DNA from: Bacillales bacterium
Lineage (GTDB): Bacteria; Bacillota_I; Bacilli_A; Izemoplasmatales; UBA1188
Length of the DNA: 64,000 nt
Assembly: GCA_016287865.1 (NCBI GenBank)
Contig: JAEEXP010000003.1
Span: 701 to 64,700, forward strand
Reading direction: 5' to 3'
Shown in pieces: positions 17,225-25,588 of the stretch; the first letter of the stretch is position 1; each line of letters opens with the position of its first letter. The notes under the pieces were generated by a model, which was not told where the DNA came from, searched no databases, and was given only the letters and a program-made list of their open reading frames with translations. The position numbers and the translations under genes are program-made.

Positions 17225-17827
17225 CTATCTGTTGTAGAATTCGACGATAAGGTTTTCCTTAATGTCTGTAAGGAATTCTTCTCTTTCAGGTAATCTAACG
17301 AACTTAGCTTGAAGCTTTTCTTCGTTGAATTCAAGGTATTGAGCTCTAGATAATGTAGCTTCTAATGATTCTTTAACAACTACTAAATCCTTATCAGCTT
17401 CTTTAACTGAAATAACTTGACCAACTTTAACTCTGATTGATGGGATATCGGCTTTCTTGCCATCAAGAGTGATGTGTCCATGACTAACGAGTTGTCTAGC
17501 TTGTTTTCTAGTCTTAGCGAAACCAGCTCTATAAACTAAGTTATCAAGACGGCATTCAAGTAAAGTTAAGAAGTTAGCACCTTGTTTACCTGTCTTAATC
17601 TTTTTAGCTTCAGCGAAAGTCTTACGGAATTGTTTTTCAGTTAAACCATAAATGTATCTAACTTTTTGCTTTTCAGCGAGTTGTGTTCCGTATTCAGTAT
17701 CTTTCTTTCTATCTTGGCCATGTTGACCAGGTGCATAGTTTCTCTTATTGAGTTCTTTTTCGTTTTCGAGTACTGAATAGTGTAATCTTCTAGACTTCTT
17801 CCAAACAGGTCCAGTGTATCTTGCCAT
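17225..17827 (-). CDS. rpsD: 30S ribosomal protein S4
   Basis: 200 aa, MARYTGPVWKKSRRL start, S4 domain LDNLVYRAGFAKTRKQARQLVSHGHI. Confidence 0.97.
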   Translation of the reverse strand: MARYTGPVWKKSRRLHYSVLENEKELNKRNYAPGQHGQDRKKDTEYGTQLAEKQKVRYIYGLTEKQFRKTFAEAKKIKTGKQGANFLTLLECRLDNLVYRAGFAKTRKQARQLVSHGHITLDGKKADIPSIRVKVGQVISVKEADKDLVVVKESLEATLSRAQYLEFNEEKLQAKFVRLPEREEFLTDIKENLIVEFYNR

Positions 17828-17992
17828 TGTATGATCCTCCTATTAATTACTTGTGCAATAGAGGAGTACTTATATTTCTTAAAGATTGCTTTGATAAGTT
17901 CGCCTTAAGCAGCAAAGACTACTTTTAAACCCTTAGGAACAATCTTGTTACAAAATAAATCGTACAGCTGCCTTTTATTACACAGCGTGATT

Positions 17993-18021
17993 AATATACC
18001 ACAATAATAGAATTATTGCAA
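17993..18021 (-). promoter_or_regulatory. Putative sigma-A promoter of rpsD (leaves a leader of about 155 nt)
   Basis: Minus strand: TTGCAA, 17-nt spacer, (TGg)TATATT. Confidence 0.5.
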
Positions 18022-18075
18022 GTGTTAAAAAATTCACACCTTTTACATATCTAAAGCCCAAATATTGAAGTTTGA

Positions 18076-18103
18076 TTGACAAAAACTCTTTTATGAAGAT
18101 AAT
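18076..18103 (+). promoter_or_regulatory. Putative promoter of binding-protein gene 1
   Basis: TTGACA, 16-nt spacer, GATAAT. Confidence 0.5.
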
Positions 18104-18189
18104 ATAAGGTGTAAAAATGCTTTTAGTTTAATGATAAATTTAATAAATTTATTATCTTTTAGCATTCAAAATATAAAAGGGGGGCTCAT

Positions 18190-19476
18190 ATGAAAAAACT
18201 ATTAATGTTTCAATTAATACTACTAATGTGTTTTTCATTTGTGCTTTTTGGATGCAGTAATAAGAAAAACAGTGAAGTAAATAAAATAATCGAAGAAGCC
18301 CAAAAGATGACTTTAGAAGAATTAGCTTCAAAAGCCATTGAAGAAGCCAATGGCAAAAATTTTCTATGCGTAGGAAGCTCTAGTAGAGGTAAAACTGCGC
18401 TTCAAATGTTTGTTGATTATTTAAAGAGTTTAAATTCTTCTTTTGATATGACATATGAATGGAATCAACCAAAGAATAATAAGATATTCGATGTTTTAAC
18501 TGTTGATTACAATAAAAGAAACAGTGAAATATCAATGACCCTTATTCAAGATGGCAACCAAATTGAATCAAAGATGGTTGATACTGGAATCTTAAAAAGA
18601 TTTATACCTAAAGAATGGGCAGAAGCCAATGAGATTGATATTAAGAAATATGATGGTCTTTTACCTCTTGAAACAATCAATAAAGTATTTATTTATAACT
18701 CGGTGGATGAAGGAATAGTATTTAATAACTGTTGGGATTATGTGCTTGATGGAAAACGTGGTCAATTTATGGATTTTAGTTATGAGACGGTAGGTAAGAA
18801 TTTCTTGTGTATGTTAACTCATCCTAAGTATGCTTTAGAATTAAAAGAAGCATTTTATAAATTATCTGCTGCGAAACAAACCGCTCTTCAACCAACTATA
18901 GACGCTATGGAAAGTGAGGCCAAATTACTTGGTCTTGACCAAAATGGAAAATACGCACTTGCTTGGATCAAGCGTTGGGTTGGTTCTGTAACCCTCACAA
19001 CAAATGACGGACCAATCTTAGCTGACCTAGTTAAGAATACTAGCATTGGCCAATTTGGATTATTAGTTTATTCTAAACTCAGATCAGTTGTTGAAACAGA
19101 AACATCATCTAGAAACAATGTTCAAGTAGCCGCATATAAGGATGGCTATCAAGGTTTTGGTGGATATGGATATTCTCACTATCTATTTGTAACTGATTCT
19201 GCACCACTTCCATGGACAGCTTGTGCATTTATTGCATATATCACTTGCACAGCTGATGGCTTTAGTTCTTGGGGTGATGATATGGGAAGTTATTCTTCAA
19301 ATCCAATAGTAGAAAGAGAAGTAGACGAAAGATACCACGATGAATCTCATTATGGTGATAGAGGACTTGACTGGTGGGTTAACGAAGGAAAACTTGTTCT
19401 TGAAGACCCAGAATATTGTAAGAAGGTACAAGGCACAGTTGGTTCATGGATTGAATTATTAGATAAAGCAGCTTAA
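18190..19476 (+). CDS. ABC transporter substrate-binding lipoprotein, paralog 1 (Fe3+/thiamine/polyamine-type cluster, substrate unknown)
   Basis: 428 aa, lipobox LFGC|S. It is a paralog of 19768-21054 and lies upstream of a fused permease and an ATPase. Confidence 0.7.
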   Translation: MKKLLMFQLILLMCFSFVLFGCSNKKNSEVNKIIEEAQKMTLEELASKAIEEANGKNFLCVGSSSRGKTALQMFVDYLKSLNSSFDMTYEWNQPKNNKIFDVLTVDYNKRNSEISMTLIQDGNQIESKMVDTGILKRFIPKEWAEANEIDIKKYDGLLPLETINKVFIYNSVDEGIVFNNCWDYVLDGKRGQFMDFSYETVGKNFLCMLTHPKYALELKEAFYKLSAAKQTALQPTIDAMESEAKLLGLDQNGKYALAWIKRWVGSVTLTTNDGPILADLVKNTSIGQFGLLVYSKLRSVVETETSSRNNVQVAAYKDGYQGFGGYGYSHYLFVTDSAPLPWTACAFIAYITCTADGFSSWGDDMGSYSSNPIVEREVDERYHDESHYGDRGLDWWVNEGKLVLEDPEYCKKVQGTVGSWIELLDKAA

Positions 19477-19496
19477 TATTAATCAAAATAATAATG

Positions 19497-19528
19497 ACTC
19501 TAAGACTTTAAGTTTTAGGGTCTTTTTT
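19497..19528 (+). terminator. Terminator after binding-protein gene 1
   Basis: GACTCTAAGAC-tttaa-GTTTTAGGGTC (two G-U pairs) followed by TTTTTT. Confidence 0.8.
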
Positions 19529-19657
19529 ATTATTATATCTAATTAAATTAAATCCAATAAAATACCAAAAACATTCAATTATTGCAAGCATTAATTTACA
19601 ATAAAATAAAAAATACTTATTTAATATAATTAAATAATAAAATCTATTATATAATGT

Positions 19658-19686
19658 TTGACATTGCGAAAAATAGGGATTATACT
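19658..19686 (+). promoter_or_regulatory. Putative promoter of binding-protein gene 2
   Basis: TTGACA, 17-nt spacer, TATACT. Confidence 0.55.
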
Positions 19687-19767
19687 TATTAATGTAAAAA
19701 ACGTTTTCATATAAAATTATTGCTAATTAAAAATACAAAAAATATAAACACAAAAAGGAGAGTTTGT

Positions 19768-21054
19768 ATGAAGAAATTTTCAATTTTAGCATTAACAGTA
19801 CTCGCTGCTCTTTCATTCGCACTCGTTGGATGTAAAAAGCAATCTAAGAGTAACACTCAAAAGATCATTGAAGAAGCTCAAACAATGACTCTTGAACAAT
19901 TAGCTAGAAAAGCTATTGAAGAATCTAAAGGCAAAAAATTCTATGGTGTTGGTAACTCAAGCCGTGGTAAGAGTGCCCTCCCACTATTCATCGATTATTT
20001 AAAGACTCTTGATTCTTCTTATACTCTTGAATTCGAATGGCAACAACCAAAGAACAACAAGATCTTTGACCAATTAAAAGCTGACTCATTAAAAGATGTT
20101 GGAACATTCGCAATGACATTAATTCAAGATGGTAACCAAATTGAAACTAAGATGGTTCAAACTGGCGTTCTTGATACTTTCATTCCAAAAGATTGGGCTG
20201 AAGCTAACAAGATTGACGTTAAGAAATATAATGGATATTTAGCACTCCAAACTTTAAATAAGGTATTCATGTATAACTGTGTTGATACAACAGTAGCATT
20301 CAATAACTGTTGGGACTTCGTAGCAGAAGGCAAACATGGTCAATTCATGGGTATTGATTCTGAAGTTGTTGGTAAGAACTTCCTTTATATGTTAACTGCT
20401 CCAAAATACGCTAAGAACTTAAAAGACGCATTTGATGCACTCCCAGCAGCATCTAAGACAGCTTTACAAGCTGAAATCGATGGACTTGCTCAACAAGCTA
20501 AGGACCTCGGTCTTGATGAAAATGGTAAATATGCATTAGCATGGATCAAACGTTGGGTTGGATCATACACTGCAGTATCTGATGATGGACCAATCTGTTC
20601 TAACCTCGTTAAATCAGATTCTCAAGGTCAATTCGGTTTACTCGTTTACTCTAAACTCAGATCAGTAGAAGAAACAGCTACTACATCTAAGAGCAATGTT
20701 AAGATCGCTGCATACCAAGACGGATATCAAGGTATGGGTGGATATGGCTACTGCCACTACTTATTCGTAACTGATAACTCACCACTCCCATGGACAGCTT
20801 GTGCATTCATCGCTTATATGACTTGTACAGTTGATGGATTCAGTGCTTGGGGTAAAGATATGGGTGGATATTCTTCTAACCCAGTAGTTGCTACAGGAAC
20901 AGAAACTAAGTATCAACACTTAACTAAAGAAGGCGACAAAGGATATGATTGGTGGGTTAACCAAGGTAAGCTCGTTCTTGAAGACCCTGCATATTGCGCA
21001 AGTGTAGCATTCACAGTTGGTGCTTGGATCGAAACACTCGATAAAGCTGCTTAA
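19768..21054 (+). CDS. ABC transporter substrate-binding lipoprotein, paralog 2
   Basis: 428 aa counted from MKKFSILALTVLAALSFALVGC|K, with AAAGGAG RBS. Long blocks are identical to paralog 1 (TLIQDGNQIE, YALAWIKRWVGS, GQFGLLVYSKLRSV, PLPWTACAFIAY). Confidence 0.8.
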   Translation: MKKFSILALTVLAALSFALVGCKKQSKSNTQKIIEEAQTMTLEQLARKAIEESKGKKFYGVGNSSRGKSALPLFIDYLKTLDSSYTLEFEWQQPKNNKIFDQLKADSLKDVGTFAMTLIQDGNQIETKMVQTGVLDTFIPKDWAEANKIDVKKYNGYLALQTLNKVFMYNCVDTTVAFNNCWDFVAEGKHGQFMGIDSEVVGKNFLYMLTAPKYAKNLKDAFDALPAASKTALQAEIDGLAQQAKDLGLDENGKYALAWIKRWVGSYTAVSDDGPICSNLVKSDSQGQFGLLVYSKLRSVEETATTSKSNVKIAAYQDGYQGMGGYGYCHYLFVTDNSPLPWTACAFIAYMTCTVDGFSAWGKDMGGYSSNPVVATGTETKYQHLTKEGDKGYDWWVNQGKLVLEDPAYCASVAFTVGAWIETLDKAA

Positions 21055-21143
21055 TATTAACTTATTTTAAAAGAATAAATAAGACAACTTATTTAAAATA
21101 AAGGCGTCAAATTATGGCGCCTTTAACTTTATAGGAGAAAGAT

Positions 21144-22973
21144 ATGGAAATGACAGAAGAAAGACCTATCTCTCGTTGGGCTTTATTCTGGGCTAAGACA
21201 AAGACATTCTTTTCTAAGCCACAGAATATAATCCTAGTTGTGATGGGTATCGTATGTACTTTTACAACCTTTGCACCTATTATCGCCATATTAAGTGATA
21301 CTGTTCAAGTACACGCTGGTACTATTGACCAATACTTATCTGGTAAAGCAGAAGGATTTACATTAGTAAACTATAAAGATTTATTTACTAGTAAATTAGC
21401 TAAAACAAATCTTTGGATTCCTCTACTAAATACAGTATTAGTTTCAGTATTATCGTGTGTATTTGCGATTCTATATGGTGGAATATTTGCTTTTCTTGTT
21501 ACAAGAACAAATTTAAAATGTAAAAAATACTTAAGTTCAATTTTTATCTTCCCATATATCATGCCACAATGGACATTAGCCACTGTGTGGAGTAACTTAT
21601 TCGACTCAGTAGCTGTTACTGGTACAAAGAATGGTCTCCTTGCTGGTTTCTTTGGAATTACAATGCCATCATGGTGGTGCCAAGGTTTGTTCCCGAGCTT
21701 TATAGTTCTTGGACTTCACTATGCACCATTCGCATATATTCTAATTGGTGGAATATTTAGAAATATGGATGCCAACTTAGAAGAAGCAGCAACTATTCTA
21801 GATACTCCTAAATGGAAGATTATGACTCACGTTACACTCCCACTAGTTAGACCAGCAATTTTATCTACAATACTTTTAGTATTTGGTTCTTCAATGGGAA
21901 GTTATCCAGTTCCTCACTTCTTAAGACTCACAACATTATCTACTAAGTATTTGGAGATGAACGCTAACTACGCAGGTGAAGCTTCAATACTTGCGGTAAT
22001 AATGATGCTTCTTGGTGTACTCATTATGTACTTCAACCAAAGAAGCTTAAAGAGTAGAAAGAGTTATACTACAGTAACTGGTAAATCAGGTCAAACTTCA
22101 GTAATTAATCTTGGTAAAGCAGGCAAATATATAATAGGTATACTATTTATAATACTTACATTCTTTACTAGTATTTATCCAATCATTTCATTTGCATTTG
22201 AAACATTTCTTCCAAACCCAGGAGACTATAGTTTCCTTAGAACTTGGGACTTTAAAGATTTAACTGCGAAGTGGTGGATTACAAGTGAAAACGTTACGGA
22301 AAACGGAATGTATGGACAAAAAGGTATGCTATTCAATTCAACTATTTGGAAAGGATTTGGCGGTACAATGCTTGTATCTGTTGCTTGTGCATTAACTGCT
22401 GGTACACTTGGTACACTCATTGGTTATGCCGTATCAAAGAATAGAAGATCTAGACTAGCTGGATATGTAAATAGTGTTGCATTCCTTCCATACTTAATGC
22501 CATCTATTGCGGTTGGTATTGCGTACTTCGTATTATTCTCAAATAAATACTTTAACCTCTATAATACTTATTTCTTAATTATTTTAGTAGGTACTGTTAA
22601 GTATATTCCATTCGCAAGTAGAAGCTCACTTAACTCAATGCTTCAATTATCTGGCGAAATCGAAGAAGCCGCTATAATTCAAGATATTCCGTGGCATAAG
22701 AGAATGACAAGAATTATAGTTCCTATTCAAAAATCATCAATTATAAGTGGATACTTACTACCATTTATGACATGCTTAAGAGAATTATCATTATTCATGT
22801 TATTATGCGTTCAAGGATTCATTCTATCTACTACACTAGACTACTTTGATGAAATGGGACTTTATGCATTCTCAAGTGGTATTAACTTAATTTTAATTGT
22901 AACTATTCTTATATGTAATGGCCTTATCAATAAGATCACAGGCGCAAGCCTTGATAAGGGAATTGGAGGATAA
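21144..22973 (+). CDS. Fused two-domain ABC permease (FbpB/ThiP/p69-type)
   Basis: 609 aa and many TM helices in two repeated halves. Size and layout fit COG1178-type permeases. Confidence 0.8.
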   Translation: MEMTEERPISRWALFWAKTKTFFSKPQNIILVVMGIVCTFTTFAPIIAILSDTVQVHAGTIDQYLSGKAEGFTLVNYKDLFTSKLAKTNLWIPLLNTVLVSVLSCVFAILYGGIFAFLVTRTNLKCKKYLSSIFIFPYIMPQWTLATVWSNLFDSVAVTGTKNGLLAGFFGITMPSWWCQGLFPSFIVLGLHYAPFAYILIGGIFRNMDANLEEAATILDTPKWKIMTHVTLPLVRPAILSTILLVFGSSMGSYPVPHFLRLTTLSTKYLEMNANYAGEASILAVIMMLLGVLIMYFNQRSLKSRKSYTTVTGKSGQTSVINLGKAGKYIIGILFIILTFFTSIYPIISFAFETFLPNPGDYSFLRTWDFKDLTAKWWITSENVTENGMYGQKGMLFNSTIWKGFGGTMLVSVACALTAGTLGTLIGYAVSKNRRSRLAGYVNSVAFLPYLMPSIAVGIAYFVLFSNKYFNLYNTYFLIILVGTVKYIPFASRSSLNSMLQLSGEIEEAAIIQDIPWHKRMTRIIVPIQKSSIISGYLLPFMTCLRELSLFMLLCVQGFILSTTLDYFDEMGLYAFSSGINLILIVTILICNGLINKITGASLDKGIGG

Positions 22974-22977
22974 AATC

Positions 22978-24255
22978 ATGCCTAAAATTGTATTAACCGA
23001 TGTAACAAAACGTTGGGGAAACTTCTATGCAGTTGATCATTTAAATCTCGTTATTGATGACCAATCATTTGTTACACTACTTGGACCTTCTGGTTGTGGT
23101 AAAACTACAACATTAAGAATGATTGCGGGTCTTGAAACACCTACATCAGGAAGAATTGAAATTGGAGATCAAGTAGTATTTGATAGTGAAAAGGGAATCA
23201 ATATTCCAGCAAATAAACGACACGTAGGTTTCTTATTCCAAAACTATGCCTTATGGCCAAACATGACAGTGTATCAAAACATTTCATTTGGTCTTAAGAA
23301 CAGTAAGAAATATACTAAAGAAGAAATAGATGAAATTGTACAAAGAGTATCTCACATCGTAAAGATTGAAATGTTTATGGATAGATATCCATCTGAATTA
23401 TCAGGTGGACAACAACAAAGAGTTGCTATCGCAAGAACTTTAGCTCCACAACCACAAGTAATCTTTATGGATGAACCTCTATCTAACCTTGATGCTAAAC
23501 TCAGACTTGAAATGAGAGCTGAACTTCAACGTCTTCATTTAGATACTGGATGTACATTTGTTTATGTTACACATGACCAAATGGAAGCTATGACACTCGC
23601 TACAAGAATCTGTTTAATTGATAATGGTGTACTCCAACAATATGATGCACCACTAGATGTATATAATAGACCTAACAATCTATTTGTCGCAGACTTCGTA
23701 GGTAGCCCATCTATCAACTTTGTTGATGCGCATGGAGTACAAGCTGAAGACGGCTCTATGGACTTTAGTGTCTTCAGTGGACTTAAAGCAAAATTTAAAT
23801 TCGCAAATAAGACTGATATTAAGAAGTTCAGAGAAGAAGAATCTTCTTTAATGAACGCTAAAGCTGAGGAAGCTGAAGAGGCTTCTAAAGATAAGAAACA
23901 CGTTGAAAAAGGAAATAAAGACGTTAAATTCAACTATCATATCGCAAGAGTTGATGAAGATAAAGATGCATCGCCTGAAGCTACACTTGATGACTATGTA
24001 TTAGGTATTAGACCTGAAGCTATCAAGGTAGTAAGTAAAGGTGGTATTGAGGCTGAAGTATATAGTGCCATGCCTACAGGTATGGAAACTACACTCCGTC
24101 TCCGTATTGGAAACTTTATTCTTACTGGTGTAGTATTTGGTGGAATCACTTATAAGATCGGTCAAACTGTAAATATCAAGTTTGAAGGCGATGGTATCTC
24201 ATTATTTAGCCGTGAAAGCGGAAGAATAATTGATACTGGTGCACTAGAAGTTTAA
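22978..24255 (+). CDS. ABC transporter ATP-binding protein (PotA/FbpC/MalK-like) with a charged C-terminal insertion
   Basis: 425 aa counted from MPKIVLTDV, with GGAGGA RBS. Motifs GPSGCGKTT, LSGGQQQR and FMDEPLSNLD. The ORF-track start at 22918 overlaps the permease. Confidence 0.9.
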   Translation: MPKIVLTDVTKRWGNFYAVDHLNLVIDDQSFVTLLGPSGCGKTTTLRMIAGLETPTSGRIEIGDQVVFDSEKGINIPANKRHVGFLFQNYALWPNMTVYQNISFGLKNSKKYTKEEIDEIVQRVSHIVKIEMFMDRYPSELSGGQQQRVAIARTLAPQPQVIFMDEPLSNLDAKLRLEMRAELQRLHLDTGCTFVYVTHDQMEAMTLATRICLIDNGVLQQYDAPLDVYNRPNNLFVADFVGSPSINFVDAHGVQAEDGSMDFSVFSGLKAKFKFANKTDIKKFREEESSLMNAKAEEAEEASKDKKHVEKGNKDVKFNYHIARVDEDKDASPEATLDDYVLGIRPEAIKVVSKGGIEAEVYSAMPTGMETTLRLRIGNFILTGVVFGGITYKIGQTVNIKFEGDGISLFSRESGRIIDTGALEV

Positions 24256-24272
24256 TAACTATATAATTAATT

Positions 24273-24306
24273 GACTCTAAGGTTTAGTGCCTTAGAGTCT
24301 TTTTTA
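24273..24306 (+). terminator. Strong terminator ending the ABC operon
   Basis: GACTCTAAGG-tttagtg-CCTTAGAGTC followed by TTTTTT. Confidence 0.9.
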
Positions 24307-24339
24307 TGCTACAATATTTAAAGAAATATTGAGGTAATT

Positions 24340-25587
24340 ATGGGAACACAATTAATTGTTAGATATGGAGATCTAAATTTAAAAGGTAAAAATAAGAAAT
24401 ATTTTATTAAGATGGCTAATTCATTAGTTCTTGAAAAACTAGAAGGATTAGATGTTGATTTTAGATATTTTGGTGAAAGAGGATATATCGATACTAAAAA
24501 TGAAAAATTAGAAGATGTAATTGAAAGATTAAATCTTGTATCAGGTATCAACTCATATAGTATTTATACTAAATGTGCACTTGATATGGATGAAATCTAT
24601 AAGCTTGCACTAGAATGTTACGACAAGAATCATAAAGAAGGCGAATCATTTAAGATTGAGGCTAGAAGAACTAATAAGAACTTTGAATATGATTCATTTG
24701 AAATAATGCATTTGGTCGCTGCTCATATTTTTAAGAATAGAGAAAACTGTAAAGCTGAAATGCATCATCCGGATTTAACTATTCATATTGAAATAAGAGA
24801 AGATGGTGCATATGTATTAACTAATAATATTAAAGCTATGGGTGGATATCCTACAGGTACTGGAGGAAAGTGTTTACTCATGATGAGTGGAGGAATTGAT
24901 TCACCTGTTGCGGCATTTAGTTTAATTAAACAAGGTATGACAGTTGAACTTATTCACTATGAATCTACACCACTCACATCTATTGAATCAGCACAAAAAG
25001 TAATTGATTTAGCTAAGAGAATTTGTAGATATACAAGAGGTTCAAAGATCTATTTAAATATGGTTCCATTTACTAAAGTTCATGAAGAAATTTTATCTAA
25101 AGTAGATGAATCATATTTAGTAACTATTATGAGAAGATGTATGTATAGAATAGCCACAAGAATCGCTATTTATAGGAAAATTCCGGCTATTGCGAATGGT
25201 GAATCTTTAGGCCAAGTTGCATCACAAACAATTGAGTCTATGCATACAATTAATGCAGTAACTAATCTTCCAATTTTAAGACCACTTTTAACTACTGATA
25301 AAAGAGATATCTTAGAAATTTCAAGAAAGATTAATACCTATGATATTTCTATTAGACCATTTGAAGATTGCTGTACAGTTTATATTCCTAAAAACCCAGC
25401 TACTAAACCAAGAATTAAAGAAGCTGAGTATCAAGAATCTAAAGGTAACTTTGATCAATTAATCGAAGAAGCATCATTAAATACAAAGAGAATATTAATC
25501 ACAAAAGACACAGATATTGATTTAGCTTCACTAGGATTTACTGTGAGTGAAGCAATTGATGAATATAATAAAGAAAAAGGAGAATAA
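24340..25587 (+). CDS. thiI: tRNA 4-thiouridine(8) synthase ThiI (no rhodanese domain)
   Basis: 415 aa. Start is IVRYGDLNLKGKN (THUMP-type N-terminus). PP-loop motif MMSGGIDSPVAA. Confidence 0.92.
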   Translation: MGTQLIVRYGDLNLKGKNKKYFIKMANSLVLEKLEGLDVDFRYFGERGYIDTKNEKLEDVIERLNLVSGINSYSIYTKCALDMDEIYKLALECYDKNHKEGESFKIEARRTNKNFEYDSFEIMHLVAAHIFKNRENCKAEMHHPDLTIHIEIREDGAYVLTNNIKAMGGYPTGTGGKCLLMMSGGIDSPVAAFSLIKQGMTVELIHYESTPLTSIESAQKVIDLAKRICRYTRGSKIYLNMVPFTKVHEEILSKVDESYLVTIMRRCMYRIATRIAIYRKIPAIANGESLGQVASQTIESMHTINAVTNLPILRPLLTTDKRDILEISRKINTYDISIRPFEDCCTVYIPKNPATKPRIKEAEYQESKGNFDQLIEEASLNTKRILITKDTDIDLASLGFTVSEAIDEYNKEKGE

Positions 25588-25588
25588 G

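Noticed and set aside
18104-18189. TPP or other riboswitch in the leader of the binding-protein genes.
   Set aside because: The leader is about 80 nt, almost pure A/T, and lacks the CUGAGA/ACCUGA-type TPP motifs. Only a 5-bp AATGC/GCATT pairing was seen.
19720-19767. Upstream alternative starts from the ORF track: 19720 for binding-protein gene 2, 22918 for the ATPase, 25547 for pepF, 2493 for the 66-aa ORF, and 51660, 52357 and 58689 (TTG/GTG).
   Set aside because: Internal ATGs with proper Shine-Dalgarno spacing exist at 19768, 22978, 25589, 2508, 51666 and 58698. The longer versions overlap the upstream gene or precede the signal peptide.
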